From the IMG/VR virus record IMGVR_UViG_3300006641_000147, positions 1 through 26,719 of that record: 26,719 nucleotides of DNA; one strand, given 5' to 3'. The translations under genes were made by a program, and so were the position numbers. Below are positions 1 through 7,264 of this stretch, one piece after another. The DNA comes from a virus (taxonomy: Duplodnaviria > Caudoviricetes). Under the pieces are notes generated by a model. That model searched no databases. It was not told the origin of the DNA and saw nothing but the letters and a program-made list of their open reading frames with translations. Within the stretch, counting starts at the first letter, position 1. Every line of letters starts with the position of its first letter.

Positions 1-1047
1 ACCCATCGCGGGTTCGCCCCCGCCACCCTCACCGAGGCCATGCAGTTCAGCGAGCACCTGGCCTCGTCCAGCATGGTGCCCAAGCAGTACCAGGGGAAAC
101 CCGCAGACATCCTGGTATGCGTGCAATGGGGCTATGAGATTGGCCTCGCCCCCATGCAGGCGCTGCAGAACATCGCCGTGATCAACGGCAAGCCCAGCGT
201 GTACGGTGACGCCGCGCTCGCCCTGGTGCAGGCCTCGCCGCTCTGCGAGGGCATCGATGAGCACATCGAGAACGAAGGCACGCCGAACCCGGTGGCCGTC
301 TGCATCGCCAGGCGCAAGGGACGCATGCCGGTGATCGCCAGGTTCTCGGTCGAGGATGCCAAGCGTGCCGGTCTATGGGGCAAGCAAGGCCCGTGGCAGG
401 CCTACCCCAAGCGCATGCTGCAGATGCGTGCTCGAGGGTTCGCGCTGCGCGACGCCTTCCCGGACGTGCTGAAGGGTCTGATCACCGCCGAGGAAGCCCA
501 GGACTACCCGAGCGACGATCGGCCAGCGCGGGACATCACGCCGCGCAACCCGCTGGATGCGATCAAGCCCGCGATCCCCGCGCCGCCGCCCGTGATGGAG
601 ACCAGCGACCCGGTGGTCATCGAGCAGGTGTTCGCCGCCGACCAGGCGGCCGAGGATGCAGCTGCAGATCAGGCCGAGGCCGACGCAGAGCGCGAGGCCA
701 TCATCGCCGAGTCAGGCGAGCCGCCAGACTCTGACGGCCCTGGCGGTTATCCGCTGCGGGTTCCTGGCAGTGACGTGTATCTGGGCCTGTATCCGACGTT
801 GGCAGAGTGGGCCGATGCCTACGATGCGCTGGGAGACAAGACGGCCAGGGCAGGCCGGGCAGGGGCTCGCACCAGGATGACCAAACTGCGCGAGCTCCGC
901 GAGTGCAACGAAGAGCTCCTGCAGCGTGTCGACCTGGTGCGCAAGACCGCGCTCATGGCCGCCTACAGCCAGCGGCTGGCGGCGCTGGGTGCAGCATTGA
1001 CCCCAGAGGAGCGCGAGGCCGAGGCCGCCTCACGCAAGGTTGCTTGA
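1..1047 (+). CDS. RecT/Bet-like phage single-strand annealing recombinase (5' truncated at window edge)
   Basis: Frame is open from base 1. The N-terminal domain 'VPKQYQGKPADILVCVQWGYEIGLAPMQALQNIAVINGKPSVYGD...WQAYPKRMLQMRARGFALRDAFPDVLKGL' is typical of phage RecT-like proteins and is followed by an acidic Ala/Pro-rich tail. It converges on the endolysin and overlaps it by 18 nt. Confidence 0.75.
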   Translation, partial: THRGFAPATLTEAMQFSEHLASSSMVPKQYQGKPADILVCVQWGYEIGLAPMQALQNIAVINGKPSVYGDAALALVQASPLCEGIDEHIENEGTPNPVAVCIARRKGRMPVIARFSVEDAKRAGLWGKQGPWQAYPKRMLQMRARGFALRDAFPDVLKGLITAEEAQDYPSDDRPARDITPRNPLDAIKPAIPAPPPVMETSDPVVIEQVFAADQAAEDAAADQAEADAEREAIIAESGEPPDSDGPGGYPLRVPGSDVYLGLYPTLAEWADAYDALGDKTARAGRAGARTRMTKLRELRECNEELLQRVDLVRKTALMAAYSQRLAALGAALTPEEREAEAASRKVA

Positions 1048-1560
1048 CCCGTCTGTCATCTTGCCGGCTGCGGTGGCCACCTCGGTCACCCGCCGGCCCC
1101 ATCCCTTGCCGAAAGTGTCCCAGGTCGGCAGACGCTGCAGGAAATCCAAGCGCACCGCTTGGTATTGGGACACGATTTCGTGGGCAGGCATGGCCGCGAC
1201 AGCCCGCAACGTCGCAGGCCCGATCGCACCATCCGCGTTGACCCCGACAACCTGCTGCAGCCACTTGGCCGCACGGCCTGGCCCGCTGTTGATGGCCGCA
1301 TCGAACACGCAATAGTCGACGCCTGCCGGCAGATCGTCGCCGGACACCTGGTTCCAATACTTGGCCTTATACATGGGCGCCACGTCCTCGGGCGTCAGCG
1401 CACGCATCGTGGCCTCGTCGACCTCATGCTTGACCCACTCCTCCCAGACTCGCTTGGTCACGCCCAGGTTGGTCATGCCGCCAGGGTCGCGGGGATGGTT
1501 CACGAAGCCGCCCTCGTGGTGCAGCACCGCGGCGAGCGCCGACTCGAAGTTCTCTTTCAT
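1030..1560 (-). CDS. Endolysin, glycoside hydrolase family 108 with C-terminal peptidoglycan-binding domain
   Basis: 'HEGGFVNHPRDPGGMTNLGVT' is the GH108 catalytic motif. 'DGAIGPATL' and 'FGKGWGRRV' are typical of the C-terminal part. Last gene of the lysis cassette. Confidence 0.93.
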   Translation of the reverse strand: MKENFESALAAVLHHEGGFVNHPRDPGGMTNLGVTKRVWEEWVKHEVDEATMRALTPEDVAPMYKAKYWNQVSGDDLPAGVDYCVFDAAINSGPGRAAKWLQQVVGVNADGAIGPATLRAVAAMPAHEIVSQYQAVRLDFLQRLPTWDTFGKGWGRRVTEVATAAGKMTDGSSNLA

Positions 1561-1970
1561 TGCTTGCCTTTCTTCATGTCGAGGATTTTCTCAAGCGTGC
1601 GGCCGCCAAAGTAGAAGGACATGATGAGCATGCCCCACTGGCCTAGGAGCTCGACGTATGCCTGGTTGGTGTTCTTGTCGAACGCGCTCATCATGGCGAA
1701 GGTGAAGTAGCCCGCCAGGATCGCGATCAGCGTCATCGGTCGGATGTTCTTGGACAGCCAACTGTCGCTGCCCATGTCGGCCTTGAGCCGCTCGGTCAGG
1801 TTGTTCTGCTCGACCTCAAAGAGCTTGGTCTCGTTGGCCATCTTCGCGAGCTCGCCGTCCTGGTGGAGCTTCGCGAGCTCGGCCTGGGCTCTTGCCTTGG
1901 CCTCCGGGTCAGGCAAGACCCTGTCGAGGATCTTGCCGCCTACTTCAAGCAGCGGGCCGAGTGGCAGCAT
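1557..1970 (-). CDS. Holin (3TM/GTA-holin-like family)
   Basis: N-terminal 'GKILDRVLPDPEAKARAQAEL', 'SDSWLSKNIRP' plus two hydrophobic helices, and a 'FYFGGRTLEK' ending. ATGA-overlaps the endolysin start. Confidence 0.8.
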   Translation of the reverse strand: MLPLGPLLEVGGKILDRVLPDPEAKARAQAELAKLHQDGELAKMANETKLFEVEQNNLTERLKADMGSDSWLSKNIRPMTLIAILAGYFTFAMMSAFDKNTNQAYVELLGQWGMLIMSFYFGGRTLEKILDMKKGKQ

Positions 1971-2235
1971 CGTCCTTCTCCTTGCCGATCAGGTTGGCGG
2001 CTGCATACGCACCCTTGCGTCCGACGATGCCGCCGACCGCGCCGATGCAGAGCAGCATGATGTCCTTGAGAATCGCCATGAACTGAGTGTCGATCGGCGA
2101 GATCTTGTCCATGTCGTGCTCGACGAACAGCACGCCCAGGATGATGCCGATCACGCTGGCAACCAGGATGCCGGTGAGCGATAGAGCGATCACCGCCCAG
2201 ACCCGCACCTCCACCTCTTCCGTCGTCATCTTCAT
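1945..2235 (-). CDS. Two-TM membrane protein in lysis cassette
   Basis: Two hydrophobic segments (WAVIALSLTGILVASVIGIILGVLF; ILKDIMLLCIGAVGGIVG). Overlaps the holin. Confidence 0.75.
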   Translation of the reverse strand: MKMTTEEVEVRVWAVIALSLTGILVASVIGIILGVLFVEHDMDKISPIDTQFMAILKDIMLLCIGAVGGIVGRKGAYAAANLIGKEKDDAATRPAA

Positions 2236-2303
2236 GTCGAAACCCCTGCCAATACGAACATCAGAATCACGATGACCGCGATGACCGCGACCAGAAACCT
2301 CAC
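2232..2303 (-). CDS. 23-aa hydrophobic micro-protein MRFLVAVIAVIVILMFVLAGVST (not in the ORF track)
   Basis: Its GTG start overlaps the upstream stop (GTGA at 2300-2303) and its TGA overlaps the next ATG (ATGA at 2232-2235). It fills the gap exactly and encodes a single TM/signal-like helix. Confidence 0.65.
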   Translation of the reverse strand: MRFLVAVIAVIVILMFVLAGVST

Positions 2304-2791
2304 TGTCCAGGCCATGCTTCGATGATGTAGCTGACCAAGTGGTACATGATGATGCCGCCGGTCGCGAGCACCATCGCGATCAGCGCTCGCTCTTTCTTCT
2401 GCTTGGCCAGCCGCTCACGCTCACGCTGGGCGGCGAGCTCGGCAGCCTTACGCCGCTGCACCACCGCGTTGTGCTCGCGCTGGATGTCATCCCAGACATC
2501 AGCCTGGCCACTCCAGACCAGGAACTCGCGGAGCTCCTGCGTCATCTCGCGAACCTTTTTGGCTGCGATGACGGTCTCGAGCGCCTCGCTCATCGCAGAC
2601 TGCTGGCCGCCGCCGGCATCCTTCGCCTTTGCACGCTCGTCGGTCGACGCTTTCTGCAGCTGATCCTGCGCGTCGAAGAGCTTCATGAAGTCGCCGAGAC
2701 AGTCCTGCGCCTCGCGGCCAAGTTGGATCGCCTGCTTGATGCCGGCTACCGCAGCTTGCGCAGTGGCGAGTACAACCGCGACTTCGATCAC
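2300..2791 (-). CDS. Coiled-coil protein with C-terminal TM helix (hypothetical, lysis region)
   Basis: 163-aa ORF with a helical, charged middle and C-terminal 'ALIAMVLATGGIIMYHLVSYII'. Tightly packed in the operon. Confidence 0.75.
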   Translation of the reverse strand: MIEVAVVLATAQAAVAGIKQAIQLGREAQDCLGDFMKLFDAQDQLQKASTDERAKAKDAGGGQQSAMSEALETVIAAKKVREMTQELREFLVWSGQADVWDDIQREHNAVVQRRKAAELAAQRERERLAKQKKERALIAMVLATGGIIMYHLVSYIIEAWPGQ

Positions 2792-2792
2792 G

Positions 2793-2960
2793 TCAGTTCA
2801 CCTTCAGCACCAGGCCGAGCAGCAGCATAATGATGAACCCTGCGCTGCCGATTAGGATCGTCTCGAGCCGTTTGAGCCTGGCATTGATGCCCTCATAGCG
2901 CACCGCGCAAACCTCTTCGTGCGTCATCAACCGAGCCTCCACTTCATTCGCCGTTGCCAT
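2793..2960 (-). CDS. 55-aa small membrane protein MATANEVEARLMTHEEVCAVRYEGINARLKRLETILIGSAGFIIMLLLGLVLKVN (not in the ORF track)
   Basis: GAGGT Shine-Dalgarno upstream of the ATG. Coiled-coil plus C-terminal TM layout is common at the start of phage lysis cassettes. The stop sits 1 nt before the next start. Confidence 0.8.
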   Translation of the reverse strand: MATANEVEARLMTHEEVCAVRYEGINARLKRLETILIGSAGFIIMLLLGLVLKVN

Positions 2961-3020
2961 CAATCACCTCACACAAAACAAACCAGTCGCGCCATTCCTC
3001 GCGAGCATTGCGTTAGATCA

Positions 3021-3425
3021 TCATGGTAACGGGGTGTCCGTAACGTAAGGGATGATCGCCACCTCGATCCATCGTTGCTGGTCAGCAGTCACGCCACTTG
3101 GGCCTAAAGCAACATACAACAGCATAATGTTGGCGTCAGCAGTCGTTACCGATCCGCTGTTATTGATGTCGCCAAGCATCCGGCCATTGATGAGTGTGTT
3201 TTTCCAATATGCGGCATCAGGCTGGCGGTTCTGTGTTGCTTTGGTAATGCTGAGTGTTGTGGAAGCACTCGGGACGTACAGCGTCTTCTGATCCCAGACT
3301 TTCGTCCATTCCCCCTTGCGAAACATGTGGATCTCGGTCGCACGCACCCAGCTGCCATCACGGTAGACATAGGCATAGCCTGGCTTCTTCCAGGCACCGC
3401 TGTCATAGACCGACAGTTCTCTCAC
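3021..3425 (-). CDS. Putative tail-fibre tip/adhesin protein with Trp repeats and a dockerin/EF-hand-like motif
   Basis: GTGA-coupled to the fibre gene. Three N-terminal repeats (VYDSGAWKK / VYRDGSWVR / MFRKGEWTK) and the motif 'GDINNSGSVTTADANIMLLY'. Confidence 0.7.
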   Translation of the reverse strand: MRELSVYDSGAWKKPGYAYVYRDGSWVRATEIHMFRKGEWTKVWDQKTLYVPSASTTLSITKATQNRQPDAAYWKNTLINGRMLGDINNSGSVTTADANIMLLYVALGPSGVTADQQRWIEVAIIPYVTDTPLP

Positions 3426-4333
3426 GATGCGACCCGCAGCCAGAGCGCGCCGTTGTCAGCAGACCCGCTCGGTTCAGCAGTGCTGACGGTGATCGGCACC
3501 GCATACGCGATTTGGTTGGTGCTGATGACGGTGATCTCGTCATTGAGAGTCAGCGCCGACACCGTGATGCTGGTGCCATTGGTTGCGGTGAACTCAGCCG
3601 AATGCAAGAGCGACCCGTTGATGTAGACCTGCACGCTGCCGATGACGTAGTTGGTCGTGATCGTGGTCTGCCCAGATGTTGCCAGGGCGCGATAGATCGA
3701 ATAGGTGCCTGTCCCAAGGTTCACCCAACCGGTCGCCGTGTAGATGCGAACCAAGGCGCTCACGGTGTTGTAGTACAGGTCGCCAGCCACGCGAGCATTG
3801 CCGTCCGGCCTGGCGGTCGGATCGGTCGCATAACTTCCGTAGTAGGTCGTGTTGGGAGCGCCGGCCGTTGTGGTGACGTTGCCGTTCGAGTCGAAGCTCA
3901 GGTACTTGTTCGCCCTGGTGGTGCGGCCCGGCAGCGTCATGTTGATCGTGGTCGGGTCAGTCTGCGGTGCCTGCAGCGCACGGCCCAGACCCTCGGCATT
4001 CTGCTGCGCGAAGATCGTCTGCTGGTCGAGCTCGTCGTTCAGCGTGTTGGCGAAGAAGTCGCCGCCGGTCACGAAGTCGGTGGTGCGGCTGATCGTCCGG
4101 TTGCCGACGATCGCGATCTGCGTCGCACCGGTAGGCGTGGCAGTCAGCGTGACGAAACCGGTGCCGTTGGCGTTGATCGTTACCGTGTAGTCGGTGGTCA
4201 GCACCAGCAGCGTATTGTCCCGATAGACCGCGATGTCGCCCGCCGCGAGGATCTCGAACGTGAAGTTGTACGGGCCGGTGCCGCTGGCCGCGTAGACCAC
4301 GCGCCGGGTGACGTTGTTGATTTGGATGGCCAT
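3422..4333 (-). CDS. Tail fibre protein (T7 gp17-like N-terminal anchor)
   Basis: N-terminus 'YNFTFEILAAGDIAVY...DYTV...RTTDFVTGGDFFANTLNDELD...QQ' is the podovirus fibre anchor. The rest is Thr/Gly-rich. It lies after the internal virion genes. Confidence 0.85.
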   Translation of the reverse strand: MAIQINNVTRRVVYAASGTGPYNFTFEILAAGDIAVYRDNTLLVLTTDYTVTINANGTGFVTLTATPTGATQIAIVGNRTISRTTDFVTGGDFFANTLNDELDQQTIFAQQNAEGLGRALQAPQTDPTTINMTLPGRTTRANKYLSFDSNGNVTTTAGAPNTTYYGSYATDPTARPDGNARVAGDLYYNTVSALVRIYTATGWVNLGTGTYSIYRALATSGQTTITTNYVIGSVQVYINGSLLHSAEFTATNGTSITVSALTLNDEITVISTNQIAYAVPITVSTAEPSGSADNGALWLRVAS

Positions 4334-4336
4334 CGT

Positions 4337-7264
4337 TTACCTCGCGTAGTTGCCCAGCCGCGGCAGGCGTATCTGGGCTGTTTCAATCCGGCGCTGAATG
4401 GCTGGCGCGAACTTGCTGTTCATCATCAGATCATTTTGCGCTGCCTTGACGTATCCTGAATAGACATCGCGGATGTTGTCCTGCTGCACATTCCGCGGGT
4501 CATCGCTGAAGCCTGGCGTGTTATACCGCTCGGCGATTGCATCTTTAAGACGCAGCCCGCGACCGTCTGCAATGCGGCCCAACTGCTGCATCATGTATGC
4601 ATACTCATCGACCTCGAGCTTGATCGTCACGCCGGCTGCGGTGACGCTCATGTCAGGCTTTTTGAGCGGGATGCCCAAGCTGATGATGATCTTATCGGCA
4701 GGCCGCTGCTTCGTCTCGCTGTAGCGCACGCCGGTGGTCGAGGCCAGCCAGGGATTGGCAGGATCGACATCGGTCATCGGCTCGCCCAGGTAGTCGTATG
4801 TAAGCGGCAGCCGCTCACTCAGGATCGGCGTGCGGGCCTGGCTGCGATTGATGCCCTCGAAGAATCCCTTGAGCACCGTCGGCGTGTTGGGAGATTCTGC
4901 AGTCATGCGCTTGAACGGATCGACGCCGCGCTCGACCATTGCCCGCGCTGAACTGAAGATCCCAACCGGCGAACCCTCGATGGCGTAGCTGGCAGCGGTT
5001 CCGGCCAGCCCATCGAGCGCATTCTTGAAGGCCTGCTTCGGATTTGGGATGGTGGCGCTGAACGCGCCCGCCAGCGAACTGATGCCCTGCACGAATGGCA
5101 TCTGGCCGACGTAGCCATAGAGCCCCCAGGTCGCACCCAGCAACACCTCGCCGACCAGATCCTGGTTGTCCTCATAGCGGGCATACTCGACCGCGTCTGC
5201 AATCATGGCCATCGGTGCACCAACCGGGTCGATCCCGCGGAACGGGACATACAGCCGGCCATCCTTGCTGATCGACGGATCGATCCGCATGCCGCGCAGG
5301 TATTTCACAAAGTCCTGATCCCACTCGCCAGACTGAAAGACGAACGAATACGGCCGCCAGCCGCTGTCCAGGTAAACCTTGCGCAGGTTGTTGTCGCCAG
5401 GCCCGCCACCGGTCACGCGGCCATCGGCCACCAGGCTGCCGGCACCGATCATGATGCCGGTGCCCATGCCCCATTTGGCCATCGCGAGCTCACGCTTTGC
5501 GCCGCCGGCCATGAAGTCCTGCCGCCACTGCTTCGATAGCGGGGCGAATGCGCTGTGCTGCATGCCCTCGCTCACCACCCAAATCGGCGTCTTCACGAAG
5601 GGCAGCACGATGCGACCGAGCAGGTTCTCCTGCGCAAGCTCCTGGATCTGGGCGGCACTGCCGGTCAACTTGCGGCTGAACGTGATCATGTGGCTGAAGT
5701 CACGCGCCAGATCATCGAGCTCTGGCGGCGGGTCGGACAAGAGCTCGCCCATCCGCTTCAAGCCCAGCTGCTCGGCCTCCGCTGCAGGCACGCCGGCATC
5801 CCTGGCAGCTCGTCTGACCTGCTGCTCGGCACGATAGGCCTGGGCATAAAGCTCGGCCCGGTAGCCCATCGTCTTGAAGATCTCGTCCATCGCCATGATG
5901 GGGCGGCCGCCCAGCAGCGTGACGAAGTTCGCGTATGCGTTGATGCCCTTGACCAGCCCCTCTGTCTCGATGCCGTAGTCGCGGGCATCGAAAATGTTGT
6001 ACTGGCCCTCGAGCTTGGTGCCGGCGTCGCTGATGAGCTCGGATCCTGCCCGCATCTCGCGGGTGGTACCGGTGCGCAGTGCCGTGCCAGCCAGGCTGAA
6101 TCCTTCGCGCAGGGAATGCACATAGCCAGCCACCATCGCGGCGGCTTCACCGAGTTCGACCTCGGCGTTCATGCCGACCGCACGCTTGGCAGATCCGGCC
6201 AGGCCGGCCAGCGCCCTGGTGGCCACCGAGCTCGCCAGGAACGTCGTGTTCGATGTCAGGTTGACAACGTGCGTGCCGATGCCTGATAGCAGCCCGTTCT
6301 TCCAGGTGCGATCCCACAAGTCCATGATGAGGCCGGTCTTGCTCACCTTGTTGAGCAGCCCCTCACGGGCGCCCTCGTCCTGCAACTGGACGAACTTCTC
6401 GACCAGCAGCTTGAGCTCGGGCACAACCTTCGGGTCGTTCAGGATCGCCTTCATCTCGGGGTCATTCGGCCCTGGGATCTTGGCTCCCTCGGCGACATCG
6501 AGGAGGCCGGCAGCGCGACCTTCGCTGATTTGTATGCGCCCGACAGCGGTGGCCTGTGCTGCGCGAGTGCGCGACAAGATATAGGCCTCGTTGATTATAT
6601 TCTGCCGGTTCAGCAGGTACAGCAGCTGTGCCTGCATATCGACGTTGTCTGGGTTCAGATACGCCTGACGCGCCAGATCGTAAAACTCTTTGGCGTTCAG
6701 GTAGCTCCCCAAACGCATCCACATCATGTCGGTAGGGATCTCTCCGTACTGCTGTTTGAGCGCGGCTATGTCGTTGAGAAAATCCTGGCCAAACCCTTTT
6801 TTCTTGGCGGCGGCCTCAATCTGCTCGAACGTCATGCGCTCTACCTGGATGCCGCTGGACGTGGCGAGAGATTCAACCGCCTGCTTGAAATCAGCCGGCC
6901 CGTCGATCCGATTCTGATTGATCAGCGTAGTCGGCGGGGTGCCGGCTGCGGGCGCTGCCTCGATCGTCTGCTCGATCTTCTGCAGCTGCTGCGGCAATGC
7001 CTCGAGGGGTTTTGCTGCTGGCGGCGCAGCCTCTGCTGCAGCCTTGGCGGCGGCCCTGGCAGCCTCGCCTTCTTTGACGGCTTTGGCACCGCCGATGATG
7101 ATGTTGCGCAGGCCTGCGACCTGCACCACATTGTCGTCGCCAGTATGCGCGGGCTCGAATGCCGGGATCGGCTCATCCGGCTCCGCGCTCACCTCACGCT
7201 GCTGCGGAGGCGGGACGATCTCGTCGAGGCGCTGCTCGAGGGGGGCATTAGGGATGGCCATCAT
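4337..7264 (-). CDS. Large internal virion/ejection protein (T7 gp16-position analogue)
   Basis: 975 aa, helical, with 'NGLLSGIGTHVVN', 'LPFVKTP' and 'GWRPYS' motifs seen in large podovirus core proteins. Its position is the last of the ejection block. Confidence 0.7.
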   Translation of the reverse strand: MMAIPNAPLEQRLDEIVPPPQQREVSAEPDEPIPAFEPAHTGDDNVVQVAGLRNIIIGGAKAVKEGEAARAAAKAAAEAAPPAAKPLEALPQQLQKIEQTIEAAPAAGTPPTTLINQNRIDGPADFKQAVESLATSSGIQVERMTFEQIEAAAKKKGFGQDFLNDIAALKQQYGEIPTDMMWMRLGSYLNAKEFYDLARQAYLNPDNVDMQAQLLYLLNRQNIINEAYILSRTRAAQATAVGRIQISEGRAAGLLDVAEGAKIPGPNDPEMKAILNDPKVVPELKLLVEKFVQLQDEGAREGLLNKVSKTGLIMDLWDRTWKNGLLSGIGTHVVNLTSNTTFLASSVATRALAGLAGSAKRAVGMNAEVELGEAAAMVAGYVHSLREGFSLAGTALRTGTTREMRAGSELISDAGTKLEGQYNIFDARDYGIETEGLVKGINAYANFVTLLGGRPIMAMDEIFKTMGYRAELYAQAYRAEQQVRRAARDAGVPAAEAEQLGLKRMGELLSDPPPELDDLARDFSHMITFSRKLTGSAAQIQELAQENLLGRIVLPFVKTPIWVVSEGMQHSAFAPLSKQWRQDFMAGGAKRELAMAKWGMGTGIMIGAGSLVADGRVTGGGPGDNNLRKVYLDSGWRPYSFVFQSGEWDQDFVKYLRGMRIDPSISKDGRLYVPFRGIDPVGAPMAMIADAVEYARYEDNQDLVGEVLLGATWGLYGYVGQMPFVQGISSLAGAFSATIPNPKQAFKNALDGLAGTAASYAIEGSPVGIFSSARAMVERGVDPFKRMTAESPNTPTVLKGFFEGINRSQARTPILSERLPLTYDYLGEPMTDVDPANPWLASTTGVRYSETKQRPADKIIISLGIPLKKPDMSVTAAGVTIKLEVDEYAYMMQQLGRIADGRGLRLKDAIAERYNTPGFSDDPRNVQQDNIRDVYSGYVKAAQNDLMMNSKFAPAIQRRIETAQIRLPRLGNYAR

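Noticed and set aside
2271-2290. Short tandem repeat GATGACCGC x2
   Set aside because: Explained by the codons for AVI-AVI in the 23-aa micro-ORF. Not a CRISPR or regulatory array.
2965-3010. Possible terminator between the tip gene and the lysis cassette (TCGCG/CGCGA then TTTGTTTT)
   Set aside because: The stem is only 5 bp and is separated from the U-tract, too weak to call.
3021-4333. BPP-1-type diversity-generating retroelement acting on the fibre
   Set aside because: No reverse transcriptase and no template/variable repeat pair visible in this window.
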